Positions 39,919 through 52,725 of a stretch of 64,000 nt of DNA are shown one piece after another. Origin of the DNA: Moniliella sp. 'wahieum' (Eukaryota); NCBI GenBank assembly GCA_003971905.1, contig RSEE01000050.1, positions 62,001 to 126,000 on the forward strand, in the 5' to 3' direction. The stretch's first letter is position 1, and every line of letters starts with the position of its first letter. The position numbers were made by a program, and so were the translations under genes. Under the pieces are notes generated by a model. That model was not told where the DNA came from, ran no database searches, and saw nothing but the letters and a program-made list of their open reading frames with translations.

Positions 39919-42900
39919 CTAGATGGTGATCTGGGTCGCATCGAGGTTGAGCGCTGGAGCAGCAGGTTGACGTTGCGGATGCGCGCCTCGGGGCCGTCCT
40001 GCCCCGCCGCCGCCACGGCCGCCAGCTCGCCTCCACGTCCGCCGCCGGCCGCAGCGTCTGCAGCGCACGCCGCCGCTGCGACGCCCACTCCTTGGCGCTC
40101 GCCACGTTCTCCAGGATCTTCTCCCGCAGCCCCGCCACCAGCACCTGCTGCTGCTCCATCGTGCACGCCACCGCCACCGCCGCCAGGAACCGCCACACCG
40201 GCTCGTCTTCGTGGTCAATGTTGCGGTACCGGCCCCGCTCCGCCCGTCCCCCCACTGCTCGGCAACGGCGCCGCCCCAAACGCACCCGAAATGTAGTAGC
40301 CCGGGCCAAACGGCAGCAGCGCACGCGCCCGCGTCGACGGGAACAGGCTCGGCAGCACACCCGGCTGCGACAGACGCTGGAAGAGCTGGCCAAAGTAGTG
40401 CGCCCACGTGGCCACATCCTGCGCAGACGGCGCTCCTGGCGTGCCAGGAGGCGCATTGGCGCCCAGTTGACGCAGAGCCTCGGCGCGCGACAGGAAGATG
40501 GTGAAAAACAGTACACCCGGGCGGGAACGGGCGACGCGAACGACATCGTTGCGCTCGAGGAAGATGGCGAGCATGCCCGCCACGTACTTGAGCGGCTGCA
40601 TCGTCACGAGGTGGAGCATAAATGGAATGATGGTGTTGGCGAACGCTTCCGTCTGCTCCCAAATCGATTCACGCAGCCCGGCAGGAGCACCTTCCTCTTC
40701 CAGCACATGCGCTTGCCGAACCACATTGAGCTGATCAAACGAGGCAACAATCATAGTCATCGTCGTCAGCTGCTGGTCCTCCCCCAACAACCGCATCGCC
40801 CGCGGAACGAGCCGTTGGCCCTTGAGGCTGTCGAGAATCGAAACAAACGGGTGAGGATTGGAAATATCGAGCGGCTCAAGCACGCGCAGCTCCTTCCACA
40901 GCTGAGACGTCAGTGCCACACGTTCCTGGTCGCGTCGCTCCTGCTGGGCCTGTGCTACCAGCTCCTCCCCTTCGGGCGGAGGCGGAGAGGACTGGGTGCC
41001 AGCCACCGCACCATCCCGGCGCAACTGTTCAATGGCCAGGACCGTATCGTACAAGTTTTCAATGATCGCCAACGCCTCGCGGCGGGTAAGCGGATCCCGT
41101 TTCGTGACCCCACTTGCATCACCAAGACCCACATCGTTGGCCAAGGCAGTCCGCACCGCCGCGTGGGCCGCCAAGTCGGCCGCGGTGGGACCTGTAGTGG
41201 CGGGGCCCGAGTCGGGCAGCGAAAGGGTTTGGCGCATGCCTTTGGTCGAGCTAGCGCTCAGCTTGCCCAGCGCCCCTTCCAAGGCAGCTCCCGATGCTGA
41301 CTTTTGTGACCGCTCGATCCGATTGCGGACGATGCGCTCGACTTGCTGTTGCATGCGCAGGATGGCCGTTTCGCGACGAGAGATACGAGACTGTTGTTTG
41401 CGCCCGCGCCGGTCCAGTGCCACTTGCTCCCCGACGCCGGTCGTGACGCTTTCGGTCGAAGGCAAGGGGAGCATTGGCGCCGCTCCGGCCGCGCAGGGTA
41501 AAGTAAATATGGGCGTAAAAGTCATCGGTGTAAGGGTCCGAGGTGACCAACTGACTCACCTGGATCCGCGTGATAAACTGCTTGTCCGACTTGCTCATCA
41601 AGCCATTGTCCTTGCTCATCGCGGCCCGCTTGGCTTCGGTCCGCTTGGCACGCGCCTGGCTCGCAAGCCACGCTTGGATCTTGGGCTGCGAGTGCTGGTA
41701 CAGCGCGTTCATCGCCACCGCCTCCAGCTGCTGAGCCGCCGAGGCAATCTCTGGCTTGGACACATCCGCCGTGCGCAGTGCTGGCAGTGGCGGAAACGCC
41801 CCGCAATAAATTCCAACTCCTCAAATTGGATCGGAGGCGGGAGACGCAGAATAGCAGCTTGGATGATCCCCGGCATCGACCCAAGCAGCGCGCGCATCCG
41901 AGCAAAATGCATCGCTTGTCTCGCCCTGAGAGGGAGGCACCGCGGCCGGAGCCTGGCTCACCGGGTCCCAGGGCCGGCAGCGAGAGCGGGTGCAGAAGCG
42001 GGAACTGGGGCGGCACGGGCCCGCTCCTCCCGCAACTGGGCCTTGCTGCATGATGTGCGCCAAAAGCGGTACCGCCGCCCGCCTGGGCAGGGAGCGCATT
42101 GGGTGTGCGGGAGCCCCGGAGGGGGATCCTGGCGTGCCGGGAAAGGGGGGACAGGCATCCCCGCAGGCGGTATAGGCCCGGCGGGGGGCACCGCAGCAGC
42201 GTACATAGCCGGCGGAGGCACCGCGACCGCGCCGCCAGGCACGGGGAACGGGCCGGGGACCGAGGAAGGCATCGGAGCGCGTTGCTGTCGCATCTGCGCC
42301 TCCACTTCCTCCATGGTTAGTGCATGCTTGGCCGGAGCGGGCGCGCGAGGCTGGTCAGACAGAGACGCAGCTTGCAGTTCGCTCTCGATTTCCTGGACCG
42401 ACTTGGCTGGCTTGCCCGGCGCGCGGCATCGCTGCGAGACGCACTGCGCGGCTTGTCTGTCAAAAAGTCGGACAGTCGGAGAGAGAACTTGGATGGCTTG
42501 GAGGGAGCCTGTTTGGTGCCCCATGCGGGCAGAGGTGCCGGCGTGGCAAGGCTAGGCGCGTGACCAAAGTCAAAGTCGTTGCCTAGGCAGAGAAACGGTT
42601 AGCGGGGGACGGACAGTAGTAGCATTCGGGACGCAGGACAGCCTACGTACCCACCACGCCACCGCCAAAGGTATCGTCATTGAAAGCATCGCCCTCTTCA
42701 TCCAGCTGGTCGCCCAGGCCGTCGTAGTCCTCCTCGCCCCAGGTGTAGACGGCCATGTCCTCCTTGTTGCCCATGTGAGCACGGATCTTGGCGTCGAGGT
42801 CATCGTCGTCGCTGGCGATCGGACGAACGCCGTGGGGCGTGCTGAGATCAGAACCAGTACCTGCACCTCCTCCGGCCAGGCCACCCGCCCGGTCGCGCGG

Positions 42901-42930
42901 GAGGGTCGTGTCGAAGCCAAAGAAGGACAT
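39919..42930 (-). CDS. PAT1: mRNA decapping activator / topoisomerase II-associated protein Pat1
   Basis: MSFFGFDTTLPRDR, DAFNDDTFG, LTMEEVEAQM, NGLMSKSDKQFITRIQVSQL..DPYTDDFY, LEGALGKLS, HPFVSIL..KG, VWRFLAAVAV..QQQVLVAGLREKILENV and ALNLDATQI. Confidence 0.93.
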
Positions 42931-43315
42931 GGTCGTCGCTTCGCACAGCCGCCGGCTAGGCCACTCGAGTTACCCCAGGGCTGGCTTGGGCGTCCGGAAG
43001 CGCACCACTGCCCTCGCCTGCCTCGCATGGGTTCCGCCCCTCGCAATTCCGCCATGGGGTCATGTGCCGCGCACCTTTGGCGAAACCAAGCAGGCTCTCT
43101 TGTTGACCAGTCCCAACGCACATCAACGTTCGAGTTGAACCTGGCCCTGGGTGTCTCTCGCAGGCCTGCCTCTTGCGGCTCCGCTAGATCCCATCTGTCC
43201 AATTGCCCTCCTGCACATAACGCCAATCAATGGAGCCCGAAGTGCAAAAAAAAAACACTGGAGTCGCTCGTGCCCGGTGGCAAACGTGACAAAAGAAAGG
43301 ACGCCCTTGTCGGGT

Positions 43316-43396
43316 CGAACGACGCAGGGGTCGAACCTGCAACCTCCTGATTACAACCAGTCGTAGTCAGACGCGCTACCATTGCGCCAGCCGTCC
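43316..43396 (-). tRNA. tRNA-Arg(ACG) with a 9-nt intron
   Basis: Reverse complement reads GGACGGC TG GCGCAATGGTAGCGC G TCTGA CT ACG A[CTGGTTGTA]A TCAGG AGGTT GCAGG TTCGACC CCTGC GTCGTTC G. Confidence 0.9.
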
Positions 43397-44062
43397 TTAT
43401 GCGGTTACAGAATTAACATAGAAGATGGTACCTTCGTTATTTAGCTCGCGTTAACTGAAAAATTACCGCTGAAGTAGCCACCTTCTGTGCTCTGGGTTAG
43501 GGAGTGGTCGCAATGCACAGTAAGCGTAGCACAGCCAGCGTGATAGGGCTCATCCGCGCGCAGGCGATAGGAATGGGTAAAGGGCAAAAATGCATGAGAA
43601 CACACAAGGTGGAGGAGACGATTCCTGGCCACTTGGGATCTATGGACAACCTCACACTACCAGGGTCGACGTTGCCAACGACTCGAAACAGTATAAGAAT
43701 CACTGTGTGCAACAACGGCTAACCCCCCCGCTACGCCGTTCCCACCCCTGAGCTGTCCTTATCGACTTATCGATTATCCCTCGCCCTTGTCCCCGTTGCT
43801 GCTGACACACCATTGATGCAAAGTCCCTCCCATCCCATACAGTCCGACACACGCGCAGGCGTGCAAATTGGCGCAGCTACGAGAGGTCAACCGCCGGCGA
43901 CCGATTCCTGACCCAACCAGTACTCAATCTCCTTCGACCTACAAGCCTCGCGCCCTGGCCAAGGGGAGTGTGCATCGGGATGGATTGGATTGCATGGGGC
44001 GCAGTCGAGCCCACTGCGCAACGCGCGGGGATCCAGTTCCCACGTGGAACCGATGGCTACAC

Positions 44063-44656
44063 CTACTTCTTGATGGTGGCATTGTCGTAGGCCGCACGCT
44101 CCTCGAGCTCGGCCGCGACCTGCTTGACGAACGGGGTGAGGTAGCGCGCATCCTCCTCCGGCTTGGTCCACTCGCTCTTGGGCAGCGGGCGGTGGAGCAT
44201 GTCCTGGTGCACCGCACGACGGATCCGCCAGATCCGGTCTTGCTGCTCACGAGGCGAAAGACGAGCAATGGACTGCACAGCAACACGCAACCAACAAGTT
44301 AGCTTCTCTCCACCGCAGATCCCCACCCCACTTCCATGCCCCGTCGCGCTGCGCTGTCCCAACGCGTGCTGGGGACGGTCGGTGCATCGCCTGCCGACCG
44401 GACGGGAGCACGCAGAACGAAGCGGCGGGCGACACGCAGATGGGGTAGGTGTGGGGGGGAGGGGGCTCGACAGTCAGCGCACCTTTTGCATCACCTCGCT
44501 CTCCTCGATCAACAAGTCGTCGAACTTGAGGCCGAGCTTGCGGTAGCCCATCTTGTCGACGTACCAGCGGGCCAAGGGCTGGAGCTTGCGGTGGACCCAC
44601 GGGTTGGCCTTGACGAGGTCACCGAGGGTGCTCAGACGACGGAGCGCGGTGTACAT
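44063..44656 (-). CDS. QCR7: Cytochrome bc1 complex 14 kDa subunit
   Basis: PLARWYVDKMGYRKLGLKFDDLLIEESEVMQK|SIARLSPREQQDRIWRIRRA..LPKSEWTKPEEDARYLTPF. Intron ~44275-44482. Confidence 0.96.
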
Positions 44657-45531
44657 GCTGGCCAAACGGGGACTGGTGGTGGAAAAGCCGAGGCTGGGGG
44701 GCTCCGTCAAGCTGGCGGGGGCGGCGGCGAGCGGCGGGCGGGAAGGCAGGCTGATTTCAAAGCAGCCGCCTGCTGCGCCTCGGCTCTACACTCGCCCTGT
44801 CCACTGCTTAGCTAATCGTCACTGGTCACAGCTCACCGCCCCCGGTCTGCTCCGACGCCGGGCAGGCGGAGGAATGCCAGTTCCGCTGGGATCGAAGCTG
44901 TGCTGCGGGCAACGGCTACATTGTCATTTCAACGCCTGGGCGCTGGCTTTGTCGGCTGCACTCGCAGACTGGACTGGGACGGCATGCGTGCGCGATTCCG
45001 ACGCATGCTGGCGAACTGGCAACAGGATGGCAAGCAGTGCGTCTGTCTACCTACAACTAAACCCATCTAAATCGCACCTCTCACCGCCATCCGTTGAAAG
45101 AGAAGTACTGAGTCCATTGCTACTTTGGAAAGAGAGAGAGAAGAAAAAGATGGCACACACGTGAACCACACAGTCAAAACAGAACACGCAAAAGGAACGA
45201 GAAAAGGCCAAAGCCAAGACAGCCCCCCCTCACCGTAAGGTGCAGGGAGGAGCCAGGGGAGCGAACAAGGAAACACAGGCAAAGGCAATTGCCCAAAACA
45301 CACAACGGGGCAGCTCAACGACAATGCGGAGACTAATGACCCAACGTTGCTAGGGGGAACCAACCTCTTGCTCCGTGGCAAGCACAAGAGAAAAGGTGCC
45401 TGGGCTCGAGGTTCTCGAGTAAAGTGGGGCGGCAGCGGACGTCGCTGGCAAGGGGGACGGTGGATCGACGATCGAGTCGTCGGGTCCGGAAGCCAGCGGG
45501 CCGGAGCCACTAGGATCAGAGTGGTGATTGG

Positions 45532-46596
45532 TTAAACGTAAAACAGGGCCGCAACTCCATCAGAGACGGAGGGGCGAGCCTCCCTCTTCAGGGTAAATTT
45601 CGACCCGCATCGCAGGGTAGGCAGCCAGGACGATCGTTTTTCCGTCTCGGACAGACCGTCCTTCTTCATGTGCACATTTTTAATGTGCCGGTGCATGTCG
45701 GCACGGCGGTGGGACGCGTGACGGCACTTGGTCAGCGGGCAAGGGAAGCGCTTGTTGCAGTTGGGATCGTGGGTCTTGAGGTGCTCCTTGAGATTGTACG
45801 CACGGTCAAACACCAACGGGCACTGGTCGCACTGGTACATGCGCGGACCCGCTGGGATGGCATACGGGCTCGCCGCTTCGCGCAGCGACTGACGAGGACG
45901 CCGCGGCGCCGCAAAGCCCGAGGCAGACGAAGTTGTTGACAACGGCGACGCCGCCGTGCGCGTCTCCCGTTCCAGCAGACCTTGCAACACAATCTCCGCT
46001 GGGATCTCGCGTTGCAGCGCAGCACGCGACAGATTCAGGAACTGCATCATCACCTTGGCCGAGGTACCGCTGGCAGCCATCTCCTTGAGGCTGGCACAGA
46101 CCGACTCGTACGTCAGGTCGTCCGAGTCGTTCGAGTCGGCCGTGGCGGGCGTGTCTGCAACCTGCGACTCGGATGGCGCCAGGGGCACGGAAGTTGAGGT
46201 GGCTGACGTGTGGCCCACCAACTCAAACAGGTGGGCTTGCACTTCATTGGAGAGACCCGGGGTGGGGGCCGTCGACACAGTCGGCGAGACCGTGTCGGCT
46301 TGCGAAAGGGGCGAGATGCCCATGAAAAATTGAGCCAGGTCAGCGGGGGGCGACGCGTCTAGCGACGCATTGCTGCTTTCGTATTCACCAGGAGAGAGGG
46401 GATAGGAAGCAGGGCTAGAGCTGATGGAAGCATCACTGAGCGAAGCGTAGTTGCCATTGGGCAGGTGCGGATCCAGAGCAAAGAGATCGGGCGCAAGCGT
46501 CAACGTGTTGTCGCGCTTGGGCTCGGTCATCATGCTGGCGACAAAGGCCTGGTAATCGACAGGGGTGGTAACAGCAGCGTTAAACAGCTCGGGCAT
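45532..46596 (-). CDS. C2H2 zinc-finger transcription factor (two fingers)
   Basis: YQCDQCPLVFDRAYNLKEHLKTH and FPCPLTKCRHASHRRADMHRHIKNVH, preceded by an S/P-rich region. Confidence 0.88.
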   Translation of the reverse strand: MPELFNAAVTTPVDYQAFVASMMTEPKRDNTLTLAPDLFALDPHLPNGNYASLSDASISSSPASYPLSPGEYESSNASLDASPPADLAQFFMGISPLSQADTVSPTVSTAPTPGLSNEVQAHLFELVGHTSATSTSVPLAPSESQVADTPATADSNDSDDLTYESVCASLKEMAASGTSAKVMMQFLNLSRAALQREIPAEIVLQGLLERETRTAASPLSTTSSASGFAAPRRPRQSLREAASPYAIPAGPRMYQCDQCPLVFDRAYNLKEHLKTHDPNCNKRFPCPLTKCRHASHRRADMHRHIKNVHMKKDGLSETEKRSSWLPTLRCGSKFTLKREARPSVSDGVAALFYV

Positions 46597-48317
46597 GGCG
46601 AGGACGTGGGATGGGAAGAAAAAAAAGAGAGAAGAAAGATGGGGGTGGTGGTGGGGGAGACGAAGAAGGAGGGTGGGGGGGGCGCGAGGCGGGCATCGAC
46701 GCTGCGCAGTTACTTTTTAACGACGAACGCTCGCATGCGCCCGCAGCCGGCAGCCAGGCACCAGGGCGGTGCGGGAGCGGGCACTGGGGCTGTGTATTGT
46801 GGCTGCCGCCTACGAGCGACTCATTGTAGTCAGCGTACCGATGGATCATCGAACATCATGCATCATGTGATGCATCTTTGCGGTTACCCACGTGGTGGCT
46901 GCAGGGGGAGGGGCGGCAGGGGGGCAGCCGGCCGGAGCAGCACGCACGGAGGCAGGATAGCAGGACCGGACAAGACCGGACAAGGCCGGACCAACGGGCC
47001 CCAAGCGCCGCATTCTCGGCGAGTTTCATGGAGAGCGCTCTGGCGGGCGTGCATTCTCGGCATGTGGTCATCGGTTGATCGAACTCATCGATCATCGTGT
47101 AGCACAGCGTGGCGCTTGTCCAGCCACCGGGCACCAGCCATTGCCCCCGGACAGAAACGGCGATTGAGCGCGGACACCCAATCCCTGCCCCCCGCTGCTT
47201 TGCGGGTACGCCCTGCTACGCCCTCGGGCCTCGGACCCCCGAAAACCAACGTTCAATTCTTCATGTCCGGTGCCGGCCGGATTACGGTAACCCAATCAAT
47301 GGTACCTGATGCGTGCCATGAGGTGCACGAGGCCTGAGGGGTACCTAGCCAGCACGGCCAGAGCAGGCCAGGGCCGCAGCAACGCAAGTGGGCACAGGGC
47401 CACCCACCATCCACCCCCCACCCTCGGTTTCTGGCCGCTGCAGAGGCGTACGCTGTTTCATGTGCCCCTCCATCACACTACTCATCTTCCCCCTCGCCCT
47501 CCCGCGCCTCTGCCCAGCGCCCGCCCCGCACCCACGCCTACTAACCCTACCCCCGCCCCCCCCGCCCCCGCAGGCCGCTCAGTCATGCTTTGTTGGCCTC
47601 ATGCACATGCGTCGTTCATATATGCAACGCAACACGCAACACGCGGCCAGCATCTCCAAACTCATCTCGACGGGGACATGCACTGATGCCGAGATAGGTG
47701 CTTGCGCTCTACTCCAACCCCCCGTCCGGCACAATCGTGGCGAGAATGGTGGCTGTCTGACGCTCCTTCTCTCCCTCTCTCCTCAGTGCGTCAGCTGGGA
47801 AGAAAATCATTGACCGTCCGCCCTGTCCCGCACCCCTGCGTACCCCACGGTCACCCCCCGCTTCAGACCTTCGCGTCAACACATCCAACAGACACTCCCC
47901 AGTCAACCGGCCACCCCTGCACCTTGGACCGTCCGACTGCTTCTCCGTCGCACCAAACATTGATAACAACATGGGGGGGGGACGCACATACGTGGGTTTC
48001 ATATCATGGAGAACAGAGGGTGGGGGGGCGAAAGAGGGGGCATGCAGAGGGGAAACAATAGTGTAGGTTCGAACGGCCATTGGTGTGGAGACGGTAACGG
48101 CGGCCGGGGATGGAAGGTGGCCGCGTTCACGTTTTATGCTCTGCCCCAAATGAGGTGTGTGAAAAAACGAGGTGAAGGAGGGGGGGCAACAGTCGATCGA
48201 GCGACTCCACTCACGTTTTTATCCGCCCTACACGCCACGCCAAAAAGGGTTTATCCCCCCGCCCCCCACACGACGCAAAAATGCCATTCCACGAACGCGA
48301 ACAGCGCGGACCGCAAG

Positions 48318-49266
48318 CTACACGCCTGCCACGCGCACCCGTTCGTTGGTACTTCTGCCTCGTCGGCGAGTGGGATGGAGGGCCGGGAGGAACGCTTCCT
48401 TGGATCGGTTGGGGTCGAGCTGCCCAAACCACCATGGAGCCAACGTGGGCCCAAAAGGCCGCATAGTTGGTTGGTACAGGTGCTTCCTTCCCTCCCGCGC
48501 CGTCACCGTGGTAGGGCGTGGGGCGCGGTGCGGGGGTGGAGAAAACAACAGGGCGGGGCCCCGGACGCTTCTGTGGTCGTCGCGCTCGAACCGGAGATGG
48601 GGGAAATGATGCTCAAGGGGGCAGAGCGACGGGTAGCGTGCGCGGGCGGCTTTGCGCGCCGGCGTCGAGGCGGGCGGCGCCATCAACGATGCCTGCGCCA
48701 ACAACGACATATTGTCGTACCCCGGCTGGCGCACGCGAGAGCACTCGGCGCCCGGAACTTGTTCGCCCTGTCGGTACAGGCCGCCTCCCAATACACTGTT
48801 GCTGACGGATGCGGTGGTAGTGCTCACACATTTACTTGTCCGTCCTTGTCCGTGTCCTTGTGCTTGTCCTGGTTTGGGGCCAAGCGGGCCAAGCGCCTTG
48901 TTTTCGTGTTTGGCCGCATTAGGGGTACTTGGGGCACATGGTCCGAACAGATCACCACTGCGGGTGGTGGCAGCGCGTGAGTGCGCTGTTTCTTGTAATA
49001 CAGATTTTTCCACCTCTGAGAGGGTTTGTTTGGCCTGGACCAGCGCAAGCATTGGGTACAGCGAGGTCAGTGGGGTATTCCGGAATCAAGTCACCGAAAG
49101 AGACGCACCCAGCCATTTTGGACTTTGAAGTGAGCGTACCGCAGGCGCTTTGCACATATCTGGGCCATGCGCTCGAGCTCCACGCCATCCAAACGCTGTC
49201 TTGGTGGTGATGGCGCGTCGGACTCGGGCACGGAGCGTAGGTGCTGGTGCTGGGAGGTATGCTCAT
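48318..49266 (-). CDS. Whi5/Nrm1-like G1/S transcriptional repressor (GTB motif)
   Basis: Splicing intron 49035-49108 (GTGCGT..CTGAC..CAG) and correcting one A-run indel gives KRLRYAHFKVQNGW|AKQTLSEVENLYY. Multiple SP/TP sites. 3' end uncertain. Confidence 0.7.
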
Positions 49267-49776
49267 GGATGCAACAAGACAAGGAATAGGAAGTGCAAAG
49301 GCACTGGGCGGCGTAAGGGCGTAGACGAGGCGGGAACGAGAGATGTGCTGATGGTGGGGTAGGCGACGGGATGGCCAGTTGTGCGATAGTTGTGCTGTGG
49401 TGTTGGTCTCTACGGCGCGGCGCTTGCTTGCGTTTGGCGTCCCACTCCGCTGCGTCACGTGGCCAAAACCAGCGCTTGCAGTTCGCGTACCATCAAGCTC
49501 ACCACGTGACGCGGCACGTGCCGCATCACGGGTACCATAGCAGGTTGTACCGATTCGGCACACCCTCATCACATCACAGTCCGTCAAGCGTCACATGTCA
49601 CACGTCACGCAAGTATTCAAACGTTCAATGTTCCTGCATCATGCATCATGCGTCGTGGTACTTTAGACTCGGAACCGGTTCTTCTTATTTCCGTTGGGTT
49701 CGGGCGTATTTCGACGCGCCTTTTAAGCACCGTCACCCCCGCCACCACTCCCTCCTCCACCCCCACCCTTGGCGCC

Positions 49777-50701
49777 ATGTTCACCGGTCTGATCGAGATC
49801 TCCGCACCCGTTCTGCAAGTGGAGAACCATGACACCTCCGAAGCTGGAGGCAACGGGTTCTCCCTTACCATCGGTGATGCCGCCTCAATTCTGGACGACT
49901 GCCACATTGGAGACAGCATTGCGGTGCAAGGTAAGTTGCCCCCCCCCCTGGCCTGCCTTGCTGGCCGCACCGCTTTCGATTGGGCGTACTGACCCTTCTC
50001 CTCCTCCCTCGCAGGCGCATGCTTGACTGTCACGGACTTTTCCAAGACGGACAAGGGCGGATGGTTCAAAGTCGGACTCGCGCCCGAGACGCTGCAGCGG
50101 ACCAACTTGGGCTCGGTCCGGCCGGGCCAAAAAGTCAACTGCGAACGAGCGATGAGTGGGCACACGCGGTTTGGAGGACACCAGGTCCAAGGACACGTCG
50201 ATACCGTTGCCACCCTCTTGTCTCTCGCGCCGACGGGAAACGCATTGACGCTCACGTTGCGTCTGCGCTCGGCCGCCGGCTTCCCACTCCTGCCCAGTGC
50301 GCCCCGTACCTCATCCCCAAGGGTTCATCACGCTCAACGGAGCGAGCTTGACCTTGTTGATGTTAGTCCGCCTCGGGTGGCGCGCTCACCGCACAGCAGC
50401 GCCACCTCTCCCCCGACGCATACCAAGCCAACTTGCACGACTTCCCCCCGCCTTCAGAGGAGAAGGAAACGATCGAGTTGACCGTCATGCTCATTGCTCA
50501 CACCCAGTCCATCATTGATCTCCCTAACCTCCACCCAGGCGACGCGGTCAATGTCGAGTTTGATATGGCGGGCAAGTATGTGGTCAGGTCGGTGCAGGGC
50601 GCCTTGGCCGCTGCCCCAGCAGCCGGTGGGGACGACTCCAGCACAGCGCTGGAACGTTGGTGGAGCACATTGTGCGCAAGGTCGTGGCGGAGCACAAGTA
50701 A
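49777..50701 (+). CDS. RIB5: Riboflavin synthase
   Basis: MFTGLIE N-terminus, DCHIGDSIAVQG|ACLTVT, GLAPETLQRTNLG, VNCERAM..TRFGGHQVQGHVD, GFITLNGASLT and VMLIAHTQ..GDAVNVEFD..GKY. Intron 49931-50014. Confidence 0.96.
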
Positions 50702-51670
50702 TTCATCTCTTACCGTAGGTGGTCCTTGTCCGGTCATGGTGACCCTCCAGCCCTCTCGCGTTGGCTCTTCAACGCTTTGGGGCCCTTTGACGGCCCTGTC
50801 GCGCGCTACTAATGGTCTCTGTCCAATCCCCTAATTCTATCCCATCCCTCGATTCGATCCCCTCCCTGCTGAGGGGCCAACGGCCAACGCAGTGCCCTGG
50901 TCCGAGTGGGCCAACCGAGACGCCTTGGATCCCTGGTGCTGGACGCGCCACTCCTCTAGTGCGATAGGATATATGGTTCTGGAGGAGAGCCGCATCGTTT
51001 TTGTCCTTTCTCATCGCAGGATCGGCGAAGTAGTGCCTGGTGTGATCGTGAGGGACAGGCTGTGAGCACGGCAGTGGCGTCAGGAGCGTTAGAGTCAGGG
51101 AACGTTGTCACCACATCGACATGCAGCTTGTAGCGAAGGCGAGGGCCAAGACCTGGGTTTCGGCTGCTCCATGTTTGGGGCCGTCGGGGTTGGTAAACAT
51201 CCCAGACTTCGGATCCGATCCCATGTTGTATTGTGATCTTGGCCTAGGACGGGGTGTATGTGTATGGTGCGAAGGAGTAGCTTCCCGAGGAGTCTGCTGG
51301 ACCTTAATTGCAACAGCTCAACCAGCCCAAATCTTCTAGTGCCAACACCATCTTTTAGTCTATACTTACAGCACTGCTGTTGAGCAGGTTACGAGGTCCA
51401 AGGTAAGGCTTTTTCGAGCGAAGAAGAGAGAACGGAAGAAGAGTGGAAGGGTGCATTGTTACATCGGGTACTCCTACGTGGTAGTCATCTCTATCCAAAA
51501 TTACTTATCACCCAGCAAAAATAATAATCAAGACAAACGCATACACAGAGAACACATTCAGTTGAAGGTCCATCCATATCATTGACCGAGCTTAAGGCTG
51601 GGACAGGGAAAACACTACGCCTAAAGGGAGCCGTTCATCTTGCGTGTGTTACTTGGTAGCGCCGCCACTG

Positions 51671-52000
51671 TTAAGGAACCAGGGGAACTGCCAGGATATC
51701 AGGGACCTCTGGTGCTCGCCATTCGATCCCGTAACCGAGGTAGCGCATGTGGACACGGATGAACGTGGTAGACATTTTCCGAGCGAGGAACCATTTCCAT
51801 TGAGATTCAGTAGTCAGATCCTTCCAGTGCGCAAACATCTTAGCCGCTGTTTTGGTGCCGTAATAACCTCGCGTCGTCAAAACCAAGGGAAAAAAGGCCC
51901 TTGAGTGAGTACCTGGTACTTGATGTTCTTGTCGCACTCTGCTTGTTCCAGCAGCCGAAGATTCTTGAATCTAAAAAGTTGTGCTGGTCCGAATGGAGTG
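51671..52000 (-). mobile_element. Possible degenerate non-LTR retrotransposon 3' fragment (RLE/CRE-like endonuclease tail)
   Basis: Across one frameshift reads LEQAECDKNIKYQ..FFPLVLTTRG..KMFAHWK. This resembles the K..KY / F.PLV..T.G signature at the end of restriction-like-endonuclease LINEs. GC is lower than in the flanking genes. Confidence 0.35.
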
Positions 52001-52725
52001 CCTTTGATGGACTGGCCTCAGGTCAGGTGGAGTGATGACCACGGATGAAGTAGCCGTAGATGAGTGAGTAGCGACGGATGGGGTGTTGACGTGCCGAGTG
52101 TTGACGTATGGGGTGTATTTGGCCAGGGTGAGGGGTTGTGATGGGTGCAAGGGGTGTAGGTGTCAAACGGAGGGTGTGTAGCCCCGTAAGCGTATCAGGG
52201 TTAATGATTGATGCGGAGTATCCGGAAGTGTAAAAGTGACCTGGTTGAGGTTTTGTGTGCTTCACTTCCAACCCAGCATCATCCTCTGCCTCACGTTCAC
52301 CTCTCTGCGTCTGAGTCCGCACAGGAGGTGGGCTACCGGGGTGCAACTACCGCCAGTGTGGCACCAGAGATAAGACCCGCCTCTGTTCGTCTAGGCGACG
52401 ATACTTCTCATTGTATCTCCAAAACTAGCACGTTCCAAGCTTGGGCAAAACGCCAAAAAATCGGATGCGCTATTGTAGCAATGGTTTTATGGGGAAAAGG
52501 TAGAGATAAATTCGGAGGGAGAGGGCACGCAGAGAATACAAGATTAAGAGCAGAGTTGTCACGCAAAGACAACAAGTTCAGCAGAAACTGTCTAAGAGGG
52601 TGTCGCGAGGGATAGGATACGGAGGGTACCAGCAACGCGGACAAGGTAACCAAACCAAACCAAATGGGCCAGCATGCGGGACCAATGAAAACAAAATCGA
52701 TCGAGTCATGGAAGCGGAGCACAGC

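Noticed and set aside
51050..51140. SWIM-like CxC..LPC motif suggesting a MULE transposase relic
   Set aside because: The residues lie in different frames and the terminal His is absent, so the signal is too weak.
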